Shown here one piece after another: positions 8,225 to 16,443 of a stretch of DNA of 31,548 nt. The translations under genes were made by a program, and so were the position numbers. A model generated the notes under the pieces. It did not search any database and had not been told where the DNA came from. It saw only the letters and a list, made by a program, of their open reading frames with translations. The stretch spans positions 1 to 31,548 of the forward strand of contig JBBCAV010000290.1 of NCBI GenBank assembly GCA_051382305.1, read 5' to 3'. This stretch comes from Bdellovibrionota bacterium FG-2. GTDB lineage: Bacteria > Bdellovibrionota > UBA1018. Numbering within the stretch: the first letter of the stretch is position 1; each line of letters begins with the position of its first letter.

Positions 8225-9268
8225 TTGTTTAGTAAGAGGAAACAGACCCTGATGATCCTAGGATTCATACCACTTAAAGAACTCAATGCGATTCAATCTT
8301 ACTGCGTAAGTTATTGTACGACTTATTTACGCGATTTCCGGGAATGCGACGGCACCAAGTTTATTTCAGATTTCCCTAGTGAAAACATTCGAGAACTCAT
8401 TGTGAGTATTGAGCGCGCATTTGTCGAGCAGTTCCTCGAGACTAAAATTCATGGCGTTGCTCTTAACGAAATAGACGCACCCAGGTGGCAGGAGTATTGG
8501 CGTATCGCTGTTTGGCTTGGGCTTGATACTATTAGCGAGCGACGATTCACTGAGTACGCAGGGCGTGAGCCTTCTGGGCTCTTAACATTAGAGGAATATT
8601 GTTCGCTGTCCACTGCGGAGGTTACAAAGCTTGTACCACCCGATGTTCAGGAAAAAATTGGCGGTGCGCTGCGAACCGCAAAAGCGCGATCTAAGGATGG
8701 TCACGAAAGCAGGATCAAGATAAAGACTATTTTGAAGCAGGAAAATTCTGCCACTGCAAGTGATTTTGAACGTATATCGATAGCGACGACTAAACTTTTT
8801 TCCTCCCAATGCGCAGGCCTGTTCGGATCTATGGTTATTTCGTTGAAGGCGTTTTTTGAGATTTTCGAAAGTTCAAATCGCTTTAAGAATCCTGTTGCCG
8901 CTGCTGTGGATCTGACAAACCATTTTTGCTATTTCATTGGATTTCCAGTGCCCGACCCTAAACCTCCCGAAGCTTTTGCCGCATCGAATTTTGAGATGAT
9001 GAGCGAACACATGTCTGGCAAGAGCTGGACCTATCCATTGCCTCAGGCGTGGCAGGCACGTTTTCAAAAACACAAAGGCGAGTACGCTCAAACGGTGATG
9101 GAGGGGACTCTATTTTCTCCCCTGAGTAATCCCACAACGTTGCCTCTTGATGTATATCTTTCAGGATTAACCGCCTGCATCGCAGCGACTACGATTCTTC
9201 GCTGCTTTCATTTTGGGCAGGAATCTACTGAGCGCCTCCTGGAAGAGTTGTTTCCATCGGAGAAGTGA
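8225..9268 (+). CDS. Hypothetical protein
   Basis: 347-aa ORF starting 14 nt after the previous stop. No motif recognised; start codon uncertain. Confidence 0.6.
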   Translation: MFSKRKQTLMILGFIPLKELNAIQSYCVSYCTTYLRDFRECDGTKFISDFPSENIRELIVSIERAFVEQFLETKIHGVALNEIDAPRWQEYWRIAVWLGLDTISERRFTEYAGREPSGLLTLEEYCSLSTAEVTKLVPPDVQEKIGGALRTAKARSKDGHESRIKIKTILKQENSATASDFERISIATTKLFSSQCAGLFGSMVISLKAFFEIFESSNRFKNPVAAAVDLTNHFCYFIGFPVPDPKPPEAFAASNFEMMSEHMSGKSWTYPLPQAWQARFQKHKGEYAQTVMEGTLFSPLSNPTTLPLDVYLSGLTACIAATTILRCFHFGQESTERLLEELFPSEK

Positions 9269-9410
9269 GAGCTCGCTGAATTCTGGCCTTTTGACGCTTT
9301 AGGCAAAATGAGTCCAAAAACGGGTATAGGGAATTTAGAGGCGATCATACCGCCCCTATGTGACGTGAGCGTACATTCAGATAATGTGTCAGCACTGACT
9401 TTATCGTTAG

Positions 9411-9460
9411 TTTTCAGCTGACTACAACACTGTTACAGAGCGCACCGCTTTTTCATTCTC
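9411..9460 (+). repeat. Dispersed diverged repeat, copy A
   Basis: tgttacagagcgcaccgc...attctc (9431-9460) matches tgttacagaccgcactgc...attctc (14982-15010) at 16 of 18 core positions, with weaker similarity upstream. Confidence 0.55.
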
Positions 9461-9554
9461 GCTGCGATATTCTGAAATCAATCAGATTTTGGCAGGAGGT
9501 TGAAGACGGCGCTATTAACCCCCCTCAAGTCTGAGGAGAATCAAGGAGACTGCG

Positions 9555-10550
9555 ATGACTGCTTTTACTCGAAAATGTTGTTATGCTTGCCTGCCGATAT
9601 TTTCTTCCGCTTTGATGGCGTGTAACGACGGCACCATCGCTGCAAGTATATCTGGCAGCGGAAATCCCTCGGCTTCAAAGGCTGGTACGAACTGCACCAC
9701 CACGGCTGAAGGCGAGAACATGGTCATGAAGTGCGACAACGGCATGACCATCAATGCGCCTATAGCGGCGCTTCAAGCATTTAAAGGCGCTGATGGAGCG
9801 AAAGGCGATACCGGAGCACAAGGCGAAAAGGGTGCCGACGGAGCGACAGGTGCCCAAGGCGCACAGGGAGCCAAAGGTGACACCGGATCTGCCGGAGCTC
9901 AAGGCGTGGCTGGGTCCACGGGAGCAACCGGTGCTACAGGATCTGCGGGCGCAACCGGGGCGACTGGCACCGGAAGCCAAGGCCTTGTTGGCGCTACCGG
10001 GTCCCAAGGTGCTACCGGCGCAACTGGACCTCAAGGCCCTGCCGGTGCCACTGGCGCAACTGGAGCCACAGGAGCTGCGGGTAGCAACGGAACACCAGCG
10101 ATCCGTCTTGAGCTTCGCAAAGCCGACAACACCGTGGTGTCCGATAACGTGGTGTCGATTACGTCAACTGAGAATACGAATAGCCCGTATGTGACCGTGT
10201 ACGACGCAACCAACAGCGCATACGCGGTCTACAATAATCAAGGGACAATGGTAGTTCCGGGAGCCGTAAATGGCATCGTGTATTACACGGGACCTAATAT
10301 GACCGGCACTAAGTATCTCAACTACCAACTCCCTGATGGTTATCTCTTTGTAGTCGGCAATGGCGTTTATCAAACCAGCGGCGATAACACAGGCAACTCC
10401 ATAGTTATCCAATCGTTTTTGGAGGCCTATTTAACCTTTGGTTACACCAATCAGTCGGCAACGCTTGGCTACCACGTTCGTCTTGTCGCCTACGCCGGCA
10501 CGCTGCCAGTAAGCATTGGAAAAGGCTGGAAGACGGCGCAGGTCCAATAA
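9555..10550 (+). CDS. Collagen-like (Gly-X-Y) repeat lipoprotein
   Basis: Lipobox-like LMAC. About 34 Gly-X-Y triplets with one interruption (nt ~9786-10097), followed by a beta-rich Tyr/Gly/Asn C-terminal domain. RBS aaggag. Confidence 0.85.
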   Translation: MTAFTRKCCYACLPIFSSALMACNDGTIAASISGSGNPSASKAGTNCTTTAEGENMVMKCDNGMTINAPIAALQAFKGADGAKGDTGAQGEKGADGATGAQGAQGAKGDTGSAGAQGVAGSTGATGATGSAGATGATGTGSQGLVGATGSQGATGATGPQGPAGATGATGATGAAGSNGTPAIRLELRKADNTVVSDNVVSITSTENTNSPYVTVYDATNSAYAVYNNQGTMVVPGAVNGIVYYTGPNMTGTKYLNYQLPDGYLFVVGNGVYQTSGDNTGNSIVIQSFLEAYLTFGYTNQSATLGYHVRLVAYAGTLPVSIGKGWKTAQVQ

Positions 10551-10567
10551 CTGTCAGTGGCGATAAC

Positions 10568-10601
10568 AAAGCTCTCGGGTGGAAACACCTGGGGGCTTTT
10601 T
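10568..10601 (+). terminator. Rho-independent terminator
   Basis: aaagctctcgggtg-gaaa-cacctgggggcttt stem with a GNRA loop and T tail, directly after the collagen gene. Confidence 0.75.
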
Positions 10602-10621
10602 CATAAAGAAAGGAGGATCAA

Positions 10622-10861
10622 ATGAAGTCCGTATTATATGTGTCGCTACTACTGATGTCCGCGTGCTCCACTTTGCAGTCCATACCTTTTGCGCAAAGAG
10701 GAGATGCCATGGCTGGGATGGTTAGCGCATTAGATCAGGCCACGTTCTGCGTGTCCGGAGTCTCAAGGACTCTAAACCTGAAAATGAGTGCTGAAAACAA
10801 CTGCAGCGGAAAGGAGCTGCAGGAATTTAAAGATGAGATGTTCGCGGTATTTATTCCATGA
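10622..10861 (+). CDS. Small putative lipoprotein
   Basis: MKSVLYVSLLLMSAC signal with lipobox-like end; strong RBS aaggagg. Confidence 0.65.
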   Translation: MKSVLYVSLLLMSACSTLQSIPFAQRGDAMAGMVSALDQATFCVSGVSRTLNLKMSAENNCSGKELQEFKDEMFAVFIP

Positions 10862-10906
10862 GGCACGGCCGCTCCCCATTTAACCAACACAGAAAAGAGG
10901 TGTAAT

Positions 10907-11248
10907 ATGAGCCAAATTCACGCACGTACCTCGTCTTTAGATGACTTGCTTAGGCCACTGAGGGCCGCGTTTGTTCGGAACATGCTCAAGGAACATCGGG
11001 CTGCGAAACTCAAGAAGCCAACTTATTACGACGAATGGGTTCAGACTCTTGGCGTGAGCCGCAAGGAACTCGATAACATCTTGAGTGCCGTTGTTGAAAT
11101 GGATTCAATTTTTCAAACGTTTCAACACGCGCAACTCGTCGTGAAGCGTGGGACGGAGAAACCGGGCCGAGAGTTCTACAATCATCTTCAGCAAATCGCA
11201 GAGACTGTGGCCGCTGTGATTGAACAGAAGGATAAAGCGTTACACTAA
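10907..11248 (+). CDS. Hypothetical protein (possible HTH-like segment)
   Basis: RBS gaggt. WVQTLGVSRKELDNIL resembles an HTH but is weak evidence. Confidence 0.6.
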   Translation: MSQIHARTSSLDDLLRPLRAAFVRNMLKEHRAAKLKKPTYYDEWVQTLGVSRKELDNILSAVVEMDSIFQTFQHAQLVVKRGTEKPGREFYNHLQQIAETVAAVIEQKDKALH

Positions 11249-11250
11249 CC

Positions 11251-11280
11251 GTTGGGCCGGGGCAACTGCTTCGGCCCAGC
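11251..11280 (+). terminator. GC-rich intergenic hairpin (terminator or processing/stability stem)
   Basis: gttgggccggggc-aact-gcttcggcccagc, a 13-bp stem including G-U pairs; no U tract. Confidence 0.4.
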
Positions 11281-11303
11281 CAAACCAAAGAAAGGAGATT
11301 TCC

Positions 11304-11606
11304 ATGACTAAACACGACGATGACGAAGATGCCACCGAACAAAAACGGCTAGCCCTGGCGCTGGACGAGGCTTCACTGAACTACCTCGAGGCCCGCGTTC
11401 AGTTCTACCGCAAGAAAACGTGCCACGAGCCTTTGCATGAGATCGACGCAAAGCGGGCGCGACTTCATGATCACCTGCTCAAGTGCTTCAAGGCCTATAT
11501 TAAAGACTTTGACGGCGATATTTCGGGGATACCAAAAGCAGATAGTGATCGCGTCGTAATCGGAAACTGGGCAATGAAGCACGCGCTTAAACTTCTTTGT
11601 CGGTAA
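11304..11606 (+). CDS. Hypothetical protein
   Basis: Start placed at ATG 11304 after RBS aaggag; 100 aa; no motif recognised. Confidence 0.6.
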   Translation: MTKHDDDEDATEQKRLALALDEASLNYLEARVQFYRKKTCHEPLHEIDAKRARLHDHLLKCFKAYIKDFDGDISGIPKADSDRVVIGNWAMKHALKLLCR

Positions 11607-11730
11607 ATTTCAAAACAGTCGAAATTGGCGTCGACTTTAATAATTGCAAAAGTGGGCGGGATCCGCTGAAGGATTGTGATCGTCAGCCTAGTCCACATCA
11701 ACCAAATTAGAGCGAAAGGATACTGTAATA

Positions 11731-12591
11731 ATGGAAACCAATGTTCAAAGTCGGCGTAAGTTTTTTGCAAACGTAATTACTCATGGGGCCGTGGCTGGCG
11801 CAGCGATCACCGGAATGATCGGAGCTCCAAAACTGGGACTCTTTTCGATAGATCAAGATGCAAGCAAAAATGCAATCATTGATCATGATGGGTTAGCGCG
11901 AGCCATTTTTGAGGGAGACACTGTAGCTGCGGCGAGAATTATGATTGAAAACGGCACTGACGTCACCGTTCCCGTGATGTCGCATAAAGGCCCAATGCTT
12001 CCCATTCATCTCGCAATCATGAATGGTGATGCCACATTGCTTGAGTACCTTCGTGAGGAAGAAACAAAGAAGGGAATTGTTCGCGATTTGACTTTCTATG
12101 CACTGGGTAGACTTTCGCTTGGTCAAACCCATACAGACTATAATGTTAGTATTGAGATGGCGTTAATGCTTTCCGGCTTTGGGATCGATCTGGGAGCCCG
12201 ATCCGCATTTGGGCACCAAGCCTTGCATTTAGCATTGCACGAAAGAAGTTGGGCAGTTGCGGAGATTCTCATCGATTTGGGTGCGCCAGTGGATGATCTT
12301 GACGGATCGGGAAAAACACCCCTAATGTTAGCCGTATCATGGCCAAAAGGGGTAGAGCTTCTCATTAAAAAAGGAGCCCGAGTCAACTATGTTGCCCCTA
12401 ATGGTCAGACCCCTTTGAACCGCGCTGTGCTGACTGGAAACATCGAAAGCGTCAAGTTTCTCCTCAGAGCAGGGGCAAGTCGCGACATGGGGGCAGTCTG
12501 TGAACGTACCCTTTTTGATTTTCTTCACGACCATAATTTCGTAATGGGAGCTGATGTTAGGGCTCAAATGATCAGGCTGCTTCAAGGGTAA
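11731..12591 (+). CDS. Ankyrin-repeat protein with twin-arginine-like signal
   Basis: Ankyrin units GHQALHLA, GKTPLMLA, GQTPLNRA...GNIESVKFLLRAGA. N-terminal SRRKFF followed by a hydrophobic stretch. Confidence 0.85.
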   Translation: METNVQSRRKFFANVITHGAVAGAAITGMIGAPKLGLFSIDQDASKNAIIDHDGLARAIFEGDTVAAARIMIENGTDVTVPVMSHKGPMLPIHLAIMNGDATLLEYLREEETKKGIVRDLTFYALGRLSLGQTHTDYNVSIEMALMLSGFGIDLGARSAFGHQALHLALHERSWAVAEILIDLGAPVDDLDGSGKTPLMLAVSWPKGVELLIKKGARVNYVAPNGQTPLNRAVLTGNIESVKFLLRAGASRDMGAVCERTLFDFLHDHNFVMGADVRAQMIRLLQG

Positions 12592-12671
12592 TCCCTCACA
12601 ATCATCCACAACCCCGTAGCAACAGAAAATATTGGCGGCAAACATTTTACAAAAGAAGGGAACTAACGAGT

Positions 12672-13214
12672 ATGATTCGCGAGATTGAATCCATTGAACA
12701 ATTCCACGCCATCAAACCGGGCACTGTCGCGCTGGTTATTAATAATCACGTTAACAGTGAGATCATCGAGGCCGTATATTCACGCGAACAAAACCGAGTC
12801 TGTTTGTTTTCCTCGTATCTCCTGCACGTCGGGTCAGTCCTATCATGGCTGGGAGTTGGAATGCCGACACTGTCATCCATGATAATACTGTGCGGAAGGA
12901 AGAACATCGATCACAGTTCATTGGAACTCCTGGAACAGCGCACTCTTGAATATTTTACTCTGAGGGAACGCCTAAAGGGAAACTGGATTTGTGAGCGCCA
13001 TGATTCATCGCTCCAGAAACTTGCCGCCAGGTGTGCCGTTATTTCAGAACTGAATAACCGAATCGATAACGTGCTGGTGAATCACATGGGCTCGATCGCA
13101 AGGCTGGATGGTGGCAAGTCGAAAGTCCTTGAGGGACTGGAAGCAATCGCCACGCGACACCAGACTGTGGTCGTGGCTTTTGAGTCGATTTCCGCAAGTA
13201 TTCAGGAGTTCTAG
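12672..13214 (+). CDS. Hypothetical protein, weakly DnaB-C/RecA-like but lacking Walker A
   Basis: IKPGTVALV...IDNVLVNHMGSI...KVLEGLEAIATRHQTVVVAF echoes the SF4 helicase H1/H2/H3 layout without GKT or DY. Confidence 0.55.
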   Translation: MIREIESIEQFHAIKPGTVALVINNHVNSEIIEAVYSREQNRVCLFSSYLLHVGSVLSWLGVGMPTLSSMIILCGRKNIDHSSLELLEQRTLEYFTLRERLKGNWICERHDSSLQKLAARCAVISELNNRIDNVLVNHMGSIARLDGGKSKVLEGLEAIATRHQTVVVAFESISASIQEF

Positions 13215-13346
13215 CTGTCCACGTTCACATTATTTGAAATCACACTTCTCGCCTGAGCCCCTCAAGAGACTAGGGCACCACCACGCAGGGTATTTGACCT
13301 GCAAACCACCAAACACAACGCAGTACTTCACCCGAAAGGAATCACT

Positions 13347-13562
13347 ATGTCGTTCTCTGATCTCAATGCATCCCAACGTTGGCTTTACGCCGGCAATCTC
13401 TTTCTAATCGCCGGAACCGCCGCAATTTCCATTGGCCACCTTCTGGCCTTGGTCGCGGAGGGACGCATCCCTTTACAAACTCAATATCAACCCGGAGGAA
13501 ATTATGGAAACACTTCACCTGCAACCGGCTCAAACCGCGCCCGCGACTATTTCGGTAGTTGA
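13347..13562 (+). CDS. Small hypothetical membrane protein
   Basis: RBS aagga and one hydrophobic segment; overlaps the next gene by ~59 nt. Confidence 0.4.
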   Translation: MSFSDLNASQRWLYAGNLFLIAGTAAISIGHLLALVAEGRIPLQTQYQPGGNYGNTSPATGSNRARDYFGS

Positions 13563-14295
13563 TCATCACATTAAGCGTTTAGCGGATCACAGGAGGGGCT
13601 GGGCCAGTTTTCGCCCTGCCCTTTTTGATCTCAGCCACCGATGGCAGTGGTGGGCGCTTACCATTTTGAATAAGCGCATGCCGCCACCCGCAATGCCGTA
13701 TCCGAGAATTGATTTCGCCCAAGGATTCCCAGAGGGCGCGGCTCCATTAAAAATGCTTCGTCAGTGTCTTGGTGGAGATGAGCGCAAATTTGATGGATTC
13801 CTGGATTGGCTTCTTTTCAATTTCGGCGCACCCGATCAACGAGAGTTACCTCGCGGCGTTGGAATTGAAGACCTGAAGCACTGGCGAGAAGCCTTTGACC
13901 TCAGCGTGCTGATTCAGAATCCCGGGGATTGGCTCGGCCATTATTATGAAACGCAGGTGATCTCAAGTGGCTATCGCGCGGCATCGGGATTCTTTTCCAC
14001 CCCGCCTGCGGTGGTCAAGCTGATGGCGGAGCTCACTTTAAAAGACGCAAAGCTCACCGACTCAGTAAACGAACCCTGCTGTGGCACAGGGCGAATACTC
14101 ATGGAAGCCTCGAACTATTGCGTAAATCTCAGCGGAAACGACATCAATCCCACGCTGGTGAAAATCGCTACCATCAACGGGTGGCTCTACATGCCGTCAT
14201 TGGTGATGCCATGCCGGGACATCGTCGTGACAACGGAACACAAACTTGAACGAAAACTAAAACTCGTGCTTCAAAGGAGCAGCACATCATTATGA
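13504..14295 (+). CDS. N-6 DNA methylase-like SAM-binding protein lacking catalytic motif IV
   Basis: Motif X GFFSTP, motif I EPCCGTG, GNDIN motif II; the ORF ends with no NPPY/F. Start ATG 13504 after ggagg. Confidence 0.75.
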   Translation: METLHLQPAQTAPATISVVDHHIKRLADHRRGWASFRPALFDLSHRWQWWALTILNKRMPPPAMPYPRIDFAQGFPEGAAPLKMLRQCLGGDERKFDGFLDWLLFNFGAPDQRELPRGVGIEDLKHWREAFDLSVLIQNPGDWLGHYYETQVISSGYRAASGFFSTPPAVVKLMAELTLKDAKLTDSVNEPCCGTGRILMEASNYCVNLSGNDINPTLVKIATINGWLYMPSLVMPCRDIVVTTEHKLERKLKLVLQRSSTSL

Positions 14296-14633
14296 ACAAG
14301 ACCAAAGAGGAAATCAGGCACCAGGCCTACAAATGCATGTTGGAAGTGGAAAATCATTACCCCGATCATGTCCCACGACCGGTTCTTACCTATTATCTGA
14401 TGCTCTCCTTGATTTACATGGGGAGCCTGGATCGGTTTTATGAACAGCACGGCTGGATAGAAATCGATCGCGGTGATGTCGAGGAGGGAAAAAATGAATT
14501 CATGCGGCATGGGCGCTTAACGGGCTTTGAGATCGAGGTCATTGAGATGCTCAATAATGAAAGTAAAAGGAGGGAAAATGTCCGACAACCACACGTTCTT
14601 GCTCCTTCTGAAAACTTTCGCGCTTATGGCTGA
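14292..14633 (+). CDS. Hypothetical protein
   Basis: ATGA overlap with the methylase-like gene; RBS aaggag. Confidence 0.55.
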   Translation: MNKTKEEIRHQAYKCMLEVENHYPDHVPRPVLTYYLMLSLIYMGSLDRFYEQHGWIEIDRGDVEEGKNEFMRHGRLTGFEIEVIEMLNNESKRRENVRQPHVLAPSENFRAYG

Positions 14634-14952
14634 TGGCGACATCGAGCAATTGGGCGATGAAGAAGCACTCGATGTGCTGCTTCGACTCTTGGAGCGGCAA
14701 GACCCGTTCATGCTGTTGACCAAGGACGGTCCGCTGCTCTTTGCGCTTCTCAGACGCTTTGGTTTGATCTCACCCTATAACGGACAACAGCGTATGGACA
14801 CGCTGGAGCCTGAGTCGGTCTGCCGCGTGTTGGTGGAGTTTGAGAAGTGGAAAGTGTCCGTATTGAAACTCGATCAGGCTCGCGAATTCTTGGCACAAGC
14901 TGCAATCGATTATCAAGACCAAAGCAGAGCGAGACCGCCATCCCTGCAATAA
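14578..14952 (+). CDS. Hypothetical protein
   Basis: Start ATG 14578 after aaggagg. Its C-terminus is conserved at protein level in a second copy at 15568-15696, which supports coding status. Confidence 0.7.
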   Translation: MSDNHTFLLLLKTFALMADGDIEQLGDEEALDVLLRLLERQDPFMLLTKDGPLLFALLRRFGLISPYNGQQRMDTLEPESVCRVLVEFEKWKVSVLKLDQAREFLAQAAIDYQDQSRARPPSLQ

Positions 14953-14959
14953 AGCAGGG

Positions 14960-15010
14960 CTTTAGTGGGCTACTGATGATTTGTTACAGACCGCACTGCA
15001 ATTAATTCTC
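14960..15010 (+). repeat. Dispersed diverged repeat, copy A'
   Basis: Homologous to 9411-9460; followed by TATAAT at 15014-15019. Confidence 0.55.
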
Positions 15011-15076
15011 ACCTATAATACGATGCCGCGCACGTGAGGTACATATTCAAACTACATAATATGAAAGGAAATTCAC

Positions 15077-15529
15077 ATGAAGCCATTTAAACCAATTCTC
15101 GTATTTGAATTCGGGGCGGGAACCGATAAAGATGAAGAAAAACTCATCCAAGAAACTATGAGGTCGTACGGGATGACCCCTTCTGGGTTGCCAGCCAGTG
15201 ATCGTGCGGACCTTTACCGGCATATGACTCGAACGACCAAGGGCCTCATAAACTCAAATACGATGCCGAGTATCTTTCCCATGCTTCTTCAAACAAATAG
15301 GTTCTTCGCTGATCGCAATGTCGGAATCTTAGGGGTTGAGGTGATGCGCTCTAAAGTTTTAGGTAAAGCGGATTTCCTAGGCTTAAGAAAAGCCCTATTG
15401 GAGGAACTCACTCAGCACATAAACGACGAGCGAGTGAGAGATGGTATCCTCGCTATAACAGATCAAATGGCGGATCTCGGTAGGTATTTTAACGACGGAA
15501 TCCGAATATTTTATCGGAATCTTGACTGA
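15077..15529 (+). CDS. Hypothetical protein
   Basis: 150-aa ORF with RBS aagga and an upstream TATAAT; no motif recognised. Confidence 0.65.
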   Translation: MKPFKPILVFEFGAGTDKDEEKLIQETMRSYGMTPSGLPASDRADLYRHMTRTTKGLINSNTMPSIFPMLLQTNRFFADRNVGILGVEVMRSKVLGKADFLGLRKALLEELTQHINDERVRDGILAITDQMADLGRYFNDGIRIFYRNLD

Positions 15530-15567
15530 TTTTTGCCTTAATAGGTTGGTGCCCATAGAGGCGGGGC

Positions 15568-15696
15568 GCAGAGGCCGTTTGTCGCGTTATCGTGGAATTC
15601 GAGGCGTGGCGGCTTTCAGTGCTGAAGCTTGAGCGGGCGCAGGAGTTTCTGACTGACTTCGATGCCAACTACGAAGATCAACGCCTCGATCAATAA
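15568..15696 (+). pseudogene. Orphan 3' fragment paralogous to the 14578-14952 gene
   Basis: Reads AEAVCRVIVEFEAWRLSVLKLERAQEFLTDFDANYEDQRLDQ*, 22/37 aa identical without gaps to ESVCRVLVEFEKWKVSVLKLDQAREFLAQAAIDYQDQ. In-frame TAG at 15556-15558 and no start codon. Confidence 0.8.
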
Positions 15697-15800
15697 CGGT
15701 CGTTTTCGTTACCAAAGAAAACGATCTCAATAACGCGGTAAAACAAGCCCAATGTCGGGCAATAAACTCAACAAAACAATCAACGTTACTAAAACGGTAG
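15687..15800. promoter_or_regulatory. Probable res-like site upstream of the resolvase
   Basis: Repeated tcaataacg, cgttac and aaaacg motifs and the short inverted repeat taacg-gtcgtttt-cgtta lie immediately upstream of the serine recombinase, the usual position of res subsites. Confidence 0.5.
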
Positions 15801-15808
15801 GAGGTAAA

Positions 15809-16360
15809 ATGCTAATCGGGTACTGCCGTGTCAGCACGGCCGAACAAAATCTAGACTTGCAACTCGACGCTTTGAAAATCGCGGGCTGCGAGGAAATCTT
15901 CCGGGATGTCGCAAGCGGTGCCTTGGACTCACGCAAGGGGCTGGGCGACGCGCTGGCTCGCGCAAGCAGTGGCGACACCATCGTCGTATGGCGCTTGGAC
16001 AGGCTCGGGAGAAATCTGAAGCACCTAATTGAGGTGGTCAACGAGCTTAATCAGCGGGGAGTCGCGTTCAAGTCTATGCAAGAGGCGTTGGACACCACCA
16101 GCCCTGGAGGTCGGCTAATTTTCCACATTTTCGGCAGCCTTTGTGAGTTTGAGCGGGACGTTCTGCGGCAACGGACCATGGCGGGGCTAACGGCTGCGCG
16201 CGCGCGGGGCCGGATTGGTGGAAGGCCTCTTGCCATGGATGCGGGCAAAATCGCGATGGCTAGGACGCTCTTGGAAAACAAGGGTCTCTCTATTTCGCGG
16301 GTATGTGAGGCCGTGGGTGTTTCCAAGCCAACATTATACCGAAGCTTGAGGAGGCAGTGA
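15809..16360 (+). CDS. Small serine recombinase (resolvase/invertase, Hin/Pin/TnpR family)
   Basis: MLIGYCRVST (catalytic Ser), QNLDLQ, VWRLDRLGR, GRIGGRP and a C-terminal HTH VGVSKPTLYR. RBS aggaggt before ATG 15809. Confidence 0.95.
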   Translation: MLIGYCRVSTAEQNLDLQLDALKIAGCEEIFRDVASGALDSRKGLGDALARASSGDTIVVWRLDRLGRNLKHLIEVVNELNQRGVAFKSMQEALDTTSPGGRLIFHIFGSLCEFERDVLRQRTMAGLTAARARGRIGGRPLAMDAGKIAMARTLLENKGLSISRVCEAVGVSKPTLYRSLRRQ

Positions 16361-16443
16361 GGTTCGCAGCGATCAATCAAATTTCGTCACCAATATCGGT
16401 GTCGATCAACGCGTCCAATGGGCGCAACAACGAAGGGGTAAAA

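Noticed and set aside
11241-11290. Integron attC site (CTAAC...GTTGGGC)
   Set aside because: The two core motifs are adjacent rather than bracketing the hairpin, there is no integron integrase, and no comparable site follows other genes.
15547-15575. tRNA 3'-end/att remnant (reverse complement ends ...gggcacca)
   Set aside because: There is no TTCGA T-loop or T-stem at the expected distance.
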